This document shows positions 20,550 through 30,086 of a stretch of 64,000 nt of DNA, piece by piece (positions within the stretch are counted from its first letter, which is position 1; every line of letters starts with the position of its first letter). Made by a program: the position numbers and the translations under genes. Under the pieces are notes generated by a model. The model was given only the letters and a program-made list of their open reading frames with translations. It did not search any database and was not told where the DNA came from. Origin of the DNA: Candidatus Peregrinibacteria bacterium (lineage in GTDB: Bacteria; Patescibacteriota; Gracilibacteria; UBA1369); assembly GCA_963708185.1 (NCBI GenBank), contig OY970195.1, positions 1,152,001 through 1,216,000 of the forward strand, read 5' to 3'.

Positions 20550-21326
20550 TTAGACCGGGAATCGCGGATTATGGAGGTGTTTCTGGAGTTTGCGATAATC
20601 AGGACAATGGGCCTCCACAAGCCCGTAAAAAGCCCCGGAATGGTTCATGTGAACCGTATGCGCCAATTCATGGATGATGACCGACTCGGTGACGGCAAGC
20701 GGGAGTAAAACAAGTCGCCAGTTGAAGTTGAGATTCTTCTCGATCGTACAGCTCCCCCAGCGTGTCTTTTGGGCCCTTATGGTGATTTTGCTGAAAGATA
20801 CCCCCATCTGACCGGCCAACGTTGCCGTGCGCCTCAGGAAGTATTTCTCTGCCACCCTGCGGAGATACTTTTCGAGAGTTTTTTTTACTTCCTTCATGGT
20901 GCCGGCGCAATACACGTGAAGTTCGGCATTGCCCGGTACTGCGACGTCCTGTTCAAAGGTAAGATTCTGAACCCTTTTGACGAACGGCTTCTTTTTTGAA
21001 TTTTCGATAATTTTTATCCGGTGAGGAATGCCAAGAAGCATGATGGTCGAACCATCGCGGAGTTCCTGCGTTTTCTGAAGTTTTTTCCTGGATTCGAGCC
21101 TGGTGAACTGCCTGATGATCCATTGTTCGTGTTCAGCGATAATTTCTTCAAGGTGACTCACGCTGAAACGGCGAGGCACGACAACCTCCAGGCCATTTTT
21201 GAGGCTTACTTTAAAGCGTACCGTCCGGGCCATTGAGCTCTGAATGAGCGTGTAGTCGAAATTTTTCCCGTTCAGCCTCGTGGTCCGCCCCGTCCTGATT
21301 CTTTCCAAAGTCTTGCGTCGAAACAT
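20550..21326 (-). CDS. YgjP/DUF45 (M48-like) zinc metallopeptidase-family protein
   Basis: LEVVVP, QKTRWGSC, LNFNWRL, IIHELAH, NHSGAFY. Confidence 0.92.
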   Translation of the reverse strand: MFRRKTLERIRTGRTTRLNGKNFDYTLIQSSMARTVRFKVSLKNGLEVVVPRRFSVSHLEEIIAEHEQWIIRQFTRLESRKKLQKTQELRDGSTIMLLGIPHRIKIIENSKKKPFVKRVQNLTFEQDVAVPGNAELHVYCAGTMKEVKKTLEKYLRRVAEKYFLRRTATLAGQMGVSFSKITIRAQKTRWGSCTIEKNLNFNWRLVLLPLAVTESVIIHELAHTVHMNHSGAFYGLVEAHCPDYRKLQKHLHNPRFPV

Positions 21327-21383
21327 AGTTGTGGTAAATCTCGGGAACTGCTAAAGTTTCTGGTGGCATTTTGCCCGCATTTT

Positions 21384-21620
21384 ATGAAACATCCAACTCG
21401 AAATTTCCAGGAATTCCTGAAAAGTCCGCTCGGAACCATCATTATTTTCGTGATATTGTTTTACGTGATAACCTTCGCCGTTTATTATTTTTACAGCCCG
21501 GGACCTGAAGAACGACAACAGGCATCCCTGGAGCTGCAAAACCGCACGTCAAGCCAGCAGATTCAAGATGTTGTCAGCCCGGCCCAACAAAGCGGCGTGA
21601 CCCAGCAAGCACCCGGGTGA
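21384..21620 (+). CDS. Small single-TM hypothetical protein
   Basis: GTIIIFVILFYVITFAVYYF followed by a Gln-rich tail. Confidence 0.6.
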   Translation: MKHPTRNFQEFLKSPLGTIIIFVILFYVITFAVYYFYSPGPEERQQASLELQNRTSSQQIQDVVSPAQQSGVTQQAPG

Positions 21621-21663
21621 CACTCTTTTCCAGTTTATTCTTAATATTTTCTCATTCTTATCT

Positions 21664-22110
21664 ATGGCACTGAAACACCAGATCCAAAAAGACATGCTTG
21701 ACGCCATGAAGGCTCACGATGAAGTGAAAGTTTCGACGCTCCGCATGCTGAAAGCCGCCATCCTCAAATACGAGGTTTCAGGAGAACGCAAAGAAGCTAC
21801 CGACGAAACCGTACTCAATCTTATCGGCAAAGAGGTAAAATCCCGCAGAGATTCGGTCGAACAGTTCAGAGCTGGGAATCGTCCGGAAATGGCCGAAAAA
21901 GAAGAACAGGAGATTGCCGTACTGCTGGAGTACATGCCTCCGCAAATGAGCGAGGATGAGTTGAAAAAAATTGCCCAAGAGGTCATCGCTTCGATGGGAG
22001 CAAAATCCAAAGCGGAACTCGGGAAAGTTATGGGGGTTATGATGGGAAAAGTGAAAGGCATGGCCGACGGCGACCTCGTGAGCAAAGTCGTTAAAGAACT
22101 TTTGCCTTAA
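21664..22110 (+). CDS. GatB/YqeY domain protein
   Basis: DMLDAMKA, TLRMLKAAI, RRDSVEQF, YMPPQMSE, GKVMG, GMADG. Confidence 0.95.
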   Translation: MALKHQIQKDMLDAMKAHDEVKVSTLRMLKAAILKYEVSGERKEATDETVLNLIGKEVKSRRDSVEQFRAGNRPEMAEKEEQEIAVLLEYMPPQMSEDELKKIAQEVIASMGAKSKAELGKVMGVMMGKVKGMADGDLVSKVVKELLP

Positions 22111-22137
22111 GGGAAGCGGTCTTTACGGTTTTCCTCC

Positions 22138-22680
22138 ATGAAAATTTATACCAAAACGGGCGACGCAGGAGAGACCAGCCTTGTTGGAGGGGTTCGTTTG
22201 AAGAAAAATTCCGCGCGCATCAAAGCGTACGGAGACATAGATGAGCTGAGCGCCGTTTTGGGGCTTTGCCGCGCTCAAAACAACCATGAGAAAATAGAGG
22301 AAATCCTTCACCGGCTGCAGGTAGATCTTTTTGATCTCGGAGCCGACCTGGCCACCCCGCTGGATTCGAAAGTGCCGGTTCCCAGGGTTCAGGAAGCTCA
22401 GGTCTCACAACTCGAACAATGGATAGATTTTTTTGATGCAAAAGTCGATCCTCTCAAGAATTTTATCCTGCCGGGAGGAAATCTGCCCGCTGCGCAGCTC
22501 CATGTCGCCCGGGCGGTTTGCCGAAGAGCGGAACGTTCACTTGTGACCCTGGACGGAAGTGAACGTATCAACAAGACAACGGTGAAGTACATCAACCGTC
22601 TCAGCGATCTTTTGTTCATGATGGCGAGGTTTTCCAACAAGCTGTCTGGAACTGAAGAGGAGATTTGGAAAAGGCTTTGA
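22138..22680 (+). CDS. pduO: ATP:cob(I)alamin adenosyltransferase (PduO type)
   Basis: MKIYTKTGDAG, AYGDIDEL, FILPGG, RAVCRRAER, YINRLSDLLF. Confidence 0.95.
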   Translation: MKIYTKTGDAGETSLVGGVRLKKNSARIKAYGDIDELSAVLGLCRAQNNHEKIEEILHRLQVDLFDLGADLATPLDSKVPVPRVQEAQVSQLEQWIDFFDAKVDPLKNFILPGGNLPAAQLHVARAVCRRAERSLVTLDGSERINKTTVKYINRLSDLLFMMARFSNKLSGTEEEIWKRL

Positions 22681-22699
22681 GTCACAGGTGTTTAAGCTA

Positions 22700-22728
22700 T
22701 TGACATTTAGTTGCGAGTGTGTTTTAAT
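22700..22728 (+). promoter_or_regulatory. Sigma70 promoter of the orphan lipoprotein
   Basis: TTGACA-N17-TTTAAT followed by a U-rich leader. Confidence 0.55.
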
Positions 22729-22793
22729 ATACTCTCGTGTAATGGTTCTTTCTTTTTTACCTTTTCATTTACAACAATATATCTTTCCTCAAT

Positions 22794-23486
22794 ATGATGA
22801 AAAAACCTGAACAATTTGGCCAAGAGCAGGCTCAAAAGAGCCCTTCATTGAAAGCTGATTCAAGAGCGAACATTAACGCTCGACGCTTTTTTATCGCCCA
22901 GGCCGTCCTTTCCGCGGCACTCGCCGTCCAGGGATGCGCAGCCGATCAATTTACCGTCGGCCCTTCTGATGACGGAGGAGATGAAACAACCATGATTGAC
23001 GATGGAGGCATCGACAGCAATGTCGACGCACTGCCTGATACCGACGCGAACTTTGACGGTGAAAGCGGTGACGTGAAGGACGCCGCTCCGGTTTACGGTC
23101 TTTCCAATGATCCCAACAAGAACGGATGCGTGAAGTGGATGACCGCCAAGCTGGGAGTGGTCCAGGACGCTTCTCCTGATGATAACAACTGTGACCCCAA
23201 GCCTTACGGAGTTTTGCCTTTAAATAAATCCTACGATCTTTACATCTGGGACAAAGACGGTAAAAGCAACGAGGTCGCTTTTACGACCTCCCTCGGCACT
23301 ACGACGTTATCGACGAAATGCAGCAGCTTCAACATTCCTCCAAAAAACAGTGAAATGCTGGCTGAAATGTACGCTGCCGGATACTCTTCCACACCAAACA
23401 AGAGCACGCCTCCAGCTGTTGACCTCAGCAACGGAGGATGCCCCGACGCAGGCGCTGCCGCTTACGTCATTCACATTGCCCCTTAA
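22794..23486 (+). CDS. Orphan lipoprotein with twin-arginine-like signal and acidic DGG/DA linker
   Basis: NARRFFIAQAVLSAALAVQG-C lipobox; DDGG..DDGG..DA..DA..DG..DAAP linker; four Cys in the mature domain; ends CPDAGAAAYVIHIAP. Confidence 0.75.
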   Translation: MMKKPEQFGQEQAQKSPSLKADSRANINARRFFIAQAVLSAALAVQGCAADQFTVGPSDDGGDETTMIDDGGIDSNVDALPDTDANFDGESGDVKDAAPVYGLSNDPNKNGCVKWMTAKLGVVQDASPDDNNCDPKPYGVLPLNKSYDLYIWDKDGKSNEVAFTTSLGTTTLSTKCSSFNIPPKNSEMLAEMYAAGYSSTPNKSTPPAVDLSNGGCPDAGAAAYVIHIAP

Positions 23487-24442
23487 GTACTTTTAGATTC
23501 CTTCCCCAAAATAAAGCGGGCGTTGCGTTGCAGCCCCGCTTTTTTCGTACGCATGACCGGCGAGCCGGCAAAACGTTCCAGGAACTCTTCGTCCGTTTGC
23601 ATGGCAAGGATCTCTTCGAGCGGCATGGAATGCCCGGCGATCTTTACTTCACGGAACTCTTTGAGATGGAGCGGTTTGGCAAAAGCTTTGTTATAGGGGC
23701 AAACCTCCTGGCAGATGTCGCAGCCGAAAACCCAATTGCCCATTTTTCCGCGGAACTCTTCGGGAATGGGGCCTTTGTTCTCAATCGTGAGGTAGGAAAT
23801 GCATTTTCTGGAGTCCATGCGACGGGGTCCTGTGATGGCATCCGTGGGGCAGGCTTCCATACAGCGGGTACAGGTTCCGCAGGTACCGTCCGCGGGTTTG
23901 TCCGGAGCGAGTTTGAGGGTCGTGAGGATCTCTCCCAGAAGAACGTACGAGCCGTATTCGCGGGTGATCAACGTCGTATTTTTGCCGATGAAGCCGAGCC
24001 CGGCGCGGACAGCAAAGGATTTTTCCATGATCGGGCTTGAGTCGACGCATGGCTTGCAGACGGCATCGGGGTAAGTTTGAACGATATAGTTCTCGATCTG
24101 TCGGAGCAGTTTCTTGATGACTTTGTGATAGTCCCGGCCGTACGCGTAACGGGCGAAACGGCCGCTGCCGGAAGGGGCCGGTGGAACATCGCGGTAATAG
24201 TTCACCGCGATGACGACGACGCTTTGTGCTCCTGGTAAAAGCTGTTTAGGGCGCGTTCGTTTCACTGGATCTTCCAGGTAGTGCATGGATCCCTGGCGGT
24301 TCTCGGCAATAAAGTCCTCAAGGTGTTTTTGCCCTTCCTCGTCGGGTTCAGCCGAAGCGATCCCGACCAGGTCGGCCCCGACGGACCTGGCAAAATCCTT
24401 GATTTTTTGGCTTGTTTGAGCAATATCTACCGTTTTTCCCAT
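23483..24442 (-). CDS. queG: Epoxyqueuosine reductase QueG
   Basis: ARYAYGRDYH, AGLGFIGKN, CGTCTRCMEACPT, CISYLTIE, FGCDICQEVCPYN. Confidence 0.95.
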   Translation of the reverse strand: MGKTVDIAQTSQKIKDFARSVGADLVGIASAEPDEEGQKHLEDFIAENRQGSMHYLEDPVKRTRPKQLLPGAQSVVVIAVNYYRDVPPAPSGSGRFARYAYGRDYHKVIKKLLRQIENYIVQTYPDAVCKPCVDSSPIMEKSFAVRAGLGFIGKNTTLITREYGSYVLLGEILTTLKLAPDKPADGTCGTCTRCMEACPTDAITGPRRMDSRKCISYLTIENKGPIPEEFRGKMGNWVFGCDICQEVCPYNKAFAKPLHLKEFREVKIAGHSMPLEEILAMQTDEEFLERFAGSPVMRTKKAGLQRNARFILGKESKST

Positions 24443-24568
24443 AAAAGATGACTATGGTGAAAGTTCAATGATTACGCAATCTCATATAGAGTTATACACT
24501 GTAAGATTGTTCTGTTCAGTGGTATTTCATTGTAAGGAAAGAAACGATGATTTTGCTGACAATATGAG

Positions 24569-24596
24569 TTGACTTTGTTTTAAAATGTGTTATATT
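24569..24596 (+). promoter_or_regulatory. Sigma70 promoter of orphan 24622
   Basis: TTGACT-N16-TATATT with TGn extension. Confidence 0.55.
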
Positions 24597-24621
24597 TTTA
24601 CCTTAATTTTTTCTTCTTTTT

Positions 24622-25941
24622 ATGCAAGACCAGTACCCATTGTCCGAGAACGAGATCGAAGAATCACCCGAGAACGATCAAGCTGAAGGAACAGAAAGTA
24701 GAGAGCCAAAAACATTAGCTTTTTCACTGGAAGACGAAAAAGCGGCGATGAGTTTCGAACTCAAAAGCAAATACTCTCTCCCCGACGTTACGGTCAAGCA
24801 TTTATTGAACCAGTTTGCTTCTTTCGCCAAAAAAGATCGCGAAGACAAAACGCTTCAGGCCGTCCTTCGCGACGTTGCCATGGAAATCGGCAGAAAACGG
24901 GGGGAGTTGAGTCCGATGTATCTTGCGATCAAAGACTACGCCGAAAAAAAGGGAGCGACCATGGACATCAGTGTTGTTCAGAAAAAAATTTCGGATGCTG
25001 CCGGACGTTTTGCCACTGAGACGTCCAATGAGGTTGAAAGTGTTTTTTCCACCGAAGAGGTTCCCTCTGCCGTGCGAACAAAACTTTCCTCTATTTTCGA
25101 CAAGAATCTGGAATTGCCGGATATCATCAAACTTGTGTTCCCCAGCATGAAACCCATGCTCGTGAACACCCTCAACCTTAAACTTCTCCAGGGACCTACC
25201 CAGGAAGAAGAGGGGAATCCGCTGTGGCACATTCATTATTTTTTTGATCTCGTCCAGCGTTTCGATTCACTCAGGGAAGATCTCCGGGAACAGCAGTTCC
25301 CTTTGGAGACCGTTGCCAGAATGCTTGTTGCTTTGGGCCAACGCGAAGCGAACAGGGCGGCTAATTCCCGTGCTTCCCGACGTGACCGTTTCGATACGGT
25401 CGTCGGCATGAAGGTTGACCAGCTTGCGCTGGAAAAAGCCATCGCTTCGGTAAAGGAATCGCGCTCTACGCCCGCAGGCGTCGAGGAAGACGGGCAAAAA
25501 GTTGCCGACGATAAACCGACGGAAAGCCAATATCCCGAGGTTGAGATCCACGAAGACAGCATTTCTCCCGATGCCGAACAGGGCGATGATATTCACAAAC
25601 GCGTGACCTACGCACCGGGTATGCTCAACGGAAATACGGCAGAAGATATTTACACCCGTGAAACCATCACCACTGAAGTTGACGATGCCCCGGCGGAAGA
25701 CCCAAAAGATCTCCAGAATTCCATTCCCACGGTTCCCGTCAATGTTGCTGAAGTTCGTGACCAACTCCTAAAAGCAGGCATTGATCCCGATTTCAGCAAG
25801 GACCCCGCGATTGCCGTACATTCACAAGATACCGACGAACCCGTTGCTCCTCCCAAGAAAAACAAAGGGCGCAAAAAGGGCTCGGGGGTGATGGGTGCCA
25901 TTCGCGGACTCGTCGGGAAAAAGGACAAAGAAAACGAGTAA
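24622..25941 (+). CDS. Orphan acidic protein with Thr-motif-rich disordered C-terminal half
   Basis: 439 aa ORF; FDTVVGM, RVTYAPG, RETITTE and IPTVPV motifs; basic amphipathic C-terminus (GVMGAIRGLVGKK). Confidence 0.8.
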   Translation: MQDQYPLSENEIEESPENDQAEGTESREPKTLAFSLEDEKAAMSFELKSKYSLPDVTVKHLLNQFASFAKKDREDKTLQAVLRDVAMEIGRKRGELSPMYLAIKDYAEKKGATMDISVVQKKISDAAGRFATETSNEVESVFSTEEVPSAVRTKLSSIFDKNLELPDIIKLVFPSMKPMLVNTLNLKLLQGPTQEEEGNPLWHIHYFFDLVQRFDSLREDLREQQFPLETVARMLVALGQREANRAANSRASRRDRFDTVVGMKVDQLALEKAIASVKESRSTPAGVEEDGQKVADDKPTESQYPEVEIHEDSISPDAEQGDDIHKRVTYAPGMLNGNTAEDIYTRETITTEVDDAPAEDPKDLQNSIPTVPVNVAEVRDQLLKAGIDPDFSKDPAIAVHSQDTDEPVAPPKKNKGRKKGSGVMGAIRGLVGKKDKENE

Positions 25942-26061
25942 ATTTTTCTTTTGCGTCGTGTTGAACGTTGCGCTATACTCGCTACGATCCAGGCTTGAAA
26001 GCTTCAGCGTGCTCACTTGAGCGCGCCTCCATAACGCCATCCGGAACACTTATCATCGCCC

Positions 26062-29000
26062 ATGATTTTTTCCCGAAAACACGCTAAGGAACTCAAGAAA
26101 ATGAAAAAGGTCGTCATCCTTGGTTCCGGGGCGTTGAAGATCGGGGAAGCGGGTGAGTTTGATTATTCCGGTTCACAAGCCATAAAAGCCCTCAAAGAAG
26201 AGGGTATTTTTACAGTACTCGTCAATCCCAACATCGCCACGAACCAGACGAGCAAAGGTCTCGCCGACAAGATTTATTTTCTTCCGGTGAATCCCTATTT
26301 TGTGGAAAAAATTATCGAGAAAGAAAAACCGGACGGCATTTTGCTGAGCTTCGGAGGACAGACGGCATTGAATTGCGGAGTGGACCTTAACAAGGGCGGC
26401 GTATTGAAAAAACACAACGTTGCGGTTCTGGGGACTCCCGTCAGCGCCATTGAAAAAACCGAAGACCGCGAACTTTTCAACAAAGAGATCCTTTCGATCG
26501 GGATGAAGGTTCCGCGGAGCATCGCCTGCAACAATAAAGCGGCCGCCATGGCGGCCGCGGACAAGGTGGGATATCCGGTCATCGTTCGAGCCGCCTTCGC
26601 GCTCGGAGGCAAAGGTTCTGGCTTCGCTTACAGCACAAACGAGCTGAGTGAACTTCTGGATACCGCTTTCGCTTACAGCAACCAGGTGCTCGTCGAAGAA
26701 AATCTGAAAGGGTGGAAAGAGCTTGAGTATGAAGTGGTCCGCGACAGTTACGATAACTGCATCGTGGTTTGTAACATGGAAAATTTCGATCCGCTGGGTA
26801 TCCACACCGGTGAAAGCATCGTGGTCGCTCCTTCCCAGACGCTTAATAACGAGGAGTATCATCGTTTGCGCGAACGGGCCATCAAGGCGATCCGTCACCT
26901 CGGGGTGATCGGTGAATGCAACATCCAGTTCGCGCTCGATCCGAAATCCGACGACTACCGCATTATTGAAGTGAACGCGCGTCTCAGCCGCAGTTCGGCG
27001 CTGGCGAGCAAAGCCACGGGCTATCCCCTGGCTCACGTGGCGGCAAAACTGGCCTTGGGCTATTCTCTTCCCGAACTTCGCAACGCCGTTACCAAAGTGA
27101 CGACGGCGTGTTTTGAGCCGGCGCTGGACTACATCGCCATGAAAATTCCACGATGGGATCTCGATAAATTCCGCATGGTTTCCCAGGAAATCAGTTCGGA
27201 AATGAAGTCCGTCGGGGAGATCATGTCGCTGGGAAGAAGTTTCGAAGAGGTCGTCCAGAAGGGCCTGCGCATGCTGCAGGTCGGATTTTACGGTTTTGTG
27301 GCCAACAGCAACGTGAACTTCAAACCGGAAAATCTTGAACGGGAAATCCAGGTTCCCACGCCGCGACGCATTCTTGCCGTCGCCGAAGCGCTTCGCCAGG
27401 GCATGAAGGTTGAAAAAATCAGCAGGCTTTCCGGCATCGACGCATGGTTCCTTGATAAACTGAAAAATATCGTCGAAACGGAAAAAGAGATCCGTAAGCA
27501 CAAGGATCTCCCGAAAGATCTTCTGAAACAAGCCAAAAAACACGGATTTTCCGACAAGCAGCTCGCCGAACTCACCGGGAAAAGCGAGGACAGCATCAGG
27601 GCTTTGCGTAAAAAAGTCGGCGTCGTTCCCGTGGTGAAACAGATCGATACGATGGCGGCCGAGTTCCCGGCGAAAACCAACTATCTTTACCTTACTTATC
27701 ACGGTGAAAAAGACGACATCGATTACAAAAAGAAATCGACGAAGAAGAAAATGGTGGTGCTCGGTTCCGGACCTTACGCCATCGGAACTTCTGTAGAGTT
27801 CGACTGGTGCAGCGTGAATTCGCTTCAGACCGTGGGCCGGTACGGCTACGAAACAATCATGATCAACTACAATCCCGAAACGGTTTCCACCGACTATGAC
27901 ATGTCGGACAAACTGTATTTTGATGAACTCTCGCTGGAACGCGTCCTGGATATTTACGAGAAGGAAAAGCCCGACGGCATGATCGTGTCGACCGGGGGGC
28001 AGGTGTCGAATAACCTCGCGCTGAAACTTTACAACGCTGGCGTGAAAATCCTGGGAACGGCTGCGGAGAACATTGACCGGGCGGAAGACCGCCACAAGTT
28101 TTCGCAGATGCTCGACAAGCTGGCGATCGACCAGCCGAAGTGGAAGGAACTCAGCAATATCGAACAGATTAAAAAATTCACCCGTGACGTGGAATTCCCG
28201 GTTCTGGTGAGGCCTTCGTACGTGCTTTCCGGCGCGGCCATGAGCGTGGCCCATAACGAAGACGCCCTTATGCAGTTTTTAAACAAGGCGACGAGAATTT
28301 CTTCCGACGCTCCGGTGGTCGTGAGCAAGTTTGAAATGGGGGCGAAGGAGATCGAGGTCGATGCCGTGGCCATGGGAGGAAACGTCCTCATCTATGCCAT
28401 CGCAGAGCACGTTGAAAACGCGGGCGTACATTCCGGTGACGCAACGATCGTCCTGCCGCCGCAAAAACTTTACATTGAAACGATCAGGAGAATTAAGGAG
28501 ATCACCAAAAAAATCGCAGCCGAACTTAAAATCACCGGGCCTTTCAACATCCAGTTCCTGGCGAAAAACAACCAGGTAAAGGTTATTGAATGCAACCTTC
28601 GCGCCAGCCGTTCTTTTCCGTTTTCGTCCAAGGTCACCGGTTACAACTTCATCGAAATCGCGACCCTGGCCATGCTCAAAAAGAAACCCCTTGAATACTT
28701 CAAAAAGAAGAGCTACAAGACCTTGGACCTGGATCATGTGGGGGTCAAAGCGTCTCAATTTTCTTTCTCCCGCCTCAAAGGCGCCGATCCGGTACTGGGC
28801 GTTGAAATGGCATCGACCGGAGAGGTGGCCTGTTTCGGCGACGATATGTACGAGGCCCTCTTGAAAGCCATGATTTCCACGGGATTTACCATCCCCAAAA
28901 AACGCATCCTGTTGAGCATCGGAAAGATCGAAGACAAAGCGGCGTTCCTGAAGTCCACACAGAGTCTTGTCGCCATGAATTATGAACTGTACGCCACCGA

Positions 29001-29307
29001 AAATACGTCGAAATTTCTGAGCGACAACGGGATCAAGAATACGCTGCTCTACAAGATCCGCAGCGGAAAGAAGCCGAACATTCTTGACGTTCTCGGTGAA
29101 AAAATCATCGATCTGGTCATCAATATTCCCAAGAACTACAGCCGTGAAGAGGTCACCGACGGGTACTTGATCAGACGAAAAGTCATTGATTTCAATATTC
29201 CCCTCGTTACCAACCTCCAGCTTGCCCAGAGCCTGGTTGAGGCTTTGCAGCGCTATAACATCGACGGCCTCAAGATCAAAGAATGGGCCGATTACGTCGA
29301 AATGTAA
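26062..29307 (+). CDS. carB: Carbamoyl-phosphate synthase large subunit
   Basis: ILGSGALKIGEAGEFDYSG, two ATP-grasp domains, IEVNARLSRSSALASKATG, NPETVSTDYD, C-terminal MGS domain. Confidence 0.98.
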   Translation: MIFSRKHAKELKKMKKVVILGSGALKIGEAGEFDYSGSQAIKALKEEGIFTVLVNPNIATNQTSKGLADKIYFLPVNPYFVEKIIEKEKPDGILLSFGGQTALNCGVDLNKGGVLKKHNVAVLGTPVSAIEKTEDRELFNKEILSIGMKVPRSIACNNKAAAMAAADKVGYPVIVRAAFALGGKGSGFAYSTNELSELLDTAFAYSNQVLVEENLKGWKELEYEVVRDSYDNCIVVCNMENFDPLGIHTGESIVVAPSQTLNNEEYHRLRERAIKAIRHLGVIGECNIQFALDPKSDDYRIIEVNARLSRSSALASKATGYPLAHVAAKLALGYSLPELRNAVTKVTTACFEPALDYIAMKIPRWDLDKFRMVSQEISSEMKSVGEIMSLGRSFEEVVQKGLRMLQVGFYGFVANSNVNFKPENLEREIQVPTPRRILAVAEALRQGMKVEKISRLSGIDAWFLDKLKNIVETEKEIRKHKDLPKDLLKQAKKHGFSDKQLAELTGKSEDSIRALRKKVGVVPVVKQIDTMAAEFPAKTNYLYLTYHGEKDDIDYKKKSTKKKMVVLGSGPYAIGTSVEFDWCSVNSLQTVGRYGYETIMINYNPETVSTDYDMSDKLYFDELSLERVLDIYEKEKPDGMIVSTGGQVSNNLALKLYNAGVKILGTAAENIDRAEDRHKFSQMLDKLAIDQPKWKELSNIEQIKKFTRDVEFPVLVRPSYVLSGAAMSVAHNEDALMQFLNKATRISSDAPVVVSKFEMGAKEIEVDAVAMGGNVLIYAIAEHVENAGVHSGDATIVLPPQKLYIETIRRIKEITKKIAAELKITGPFNIQFLAKNNQVKVIECNLRASRSFPFSSKVTGYNFIEIATLAMLKKKPLEYFKKKSYKTLDLDHVGVKASQFSFSRLKGADPVLGVEMASTGEVACFGDDMYEALLKAMISTGFTIPKKRILLSIGKIEDKAAFLKSTQSLVAMNYELYATENTSKFLSDNGIKNTLLYKIRSGKKPNILDVLGEKIIDLVINIPKNYSREEVTDGYLIRRKVIDFNIPLVTNLQLAQSLVEALQRYNIDGLKIKEWADYVEM

Positions 29308-29411
29308 TATTTCATTCCTGAGTTCGTCTTAAGATTATCAGGCGTTTTTTTGGCATGATTTTATCATCAAAAGGTGTAATAAAATGACTTCTGCAAGGTT
29401 ATAATTTCACC

Positions 29412-30002
29412 ATGAACAAGAAACCCTCACATCCCGGCGCATTGCCGTCCAATGACACCGCCGCCAGCGGTACTCACGAGACTCCCTGTTCCGCCATCAA
29501 ACCGAGGAGAAGAGTATCTGCGGCCCTTGCTTTCAGTGAACAAGCCCAGGAGATCCGTGCCGTCCGAGGGAATACGGGCGCGATTGCCGTCCGTAAGATT
29601 CTGGGTATTCAGTTGAGCGACGATTCCGTTATCAAATCTTTCCCTGAAGAGACCCGTGAATCCTGGATGGAGATCATCGCAAGCCTCATGATTACCGCCA
29701 AGAGCGCGCTTGAAGACGACATGCCCGTAGATTTTTACGTAAAATTCCGTGAGTTGAAGGATGAAGAAGAAAAGAAACCCCTGACCGAAAAGCTGCTGTT
29801 CATTCCGCGGCTGTCTTCGTGGCTTTCAGGAAAACATTTTTCGTTAAAGGAAGGGGCCACGACTTCATCGTGGAAAGTGTCCGTCTGCAACAGTGAAGAC
29901 CTTATGGCTGCCGCTCCTATACTCGTTGCCAGGAATGAGACCACGGGGCAATTCCAGCAGGTCCAGCTCGTCCACATCATGGCCGGCCTGAAAATTTTTT
30001 AA
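29412..30002 (+). CDS. Orphan hypothetical protein
   Basis: 196 aa ORF with TATAAT about 6 nt upstream of the ATG, so nearly leaderless. Confidence 0.65.
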   Translation: MNKKPSHPGALPSNDTAASGTHETPCSAIKPRRRVSAALAFSEQAQEIRAVRGNTGAIAVRKILGIQLSDDSVIKSFPEETRESWMEIIASLMITAKSALEDDMPVDFYVKFRELKDEEEKKPLTEKLLFIPRLSSWLSGKHFSLKEGATTSSWKVSVCNSEDLMAAAPILVARNETTGQFQQVQLVHIMAGLKIF

Positions 30003-30086
30003 CTTTTTGCTGACTTCTATTTTTCCCTTCACACCATCTTGCGAAAAATGCTATAAATGGTGCGGTTTCTTTTGGTTTTTGCATTT

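Noticed and set aside
26173-28254. 693 aa minus-strand ORF inside carB, and similar long antisense ORFs over murF, rny, mfd and epmA
   Set aside because: Codon-bias shadows of well-conserved genes, with no motifs of their own.
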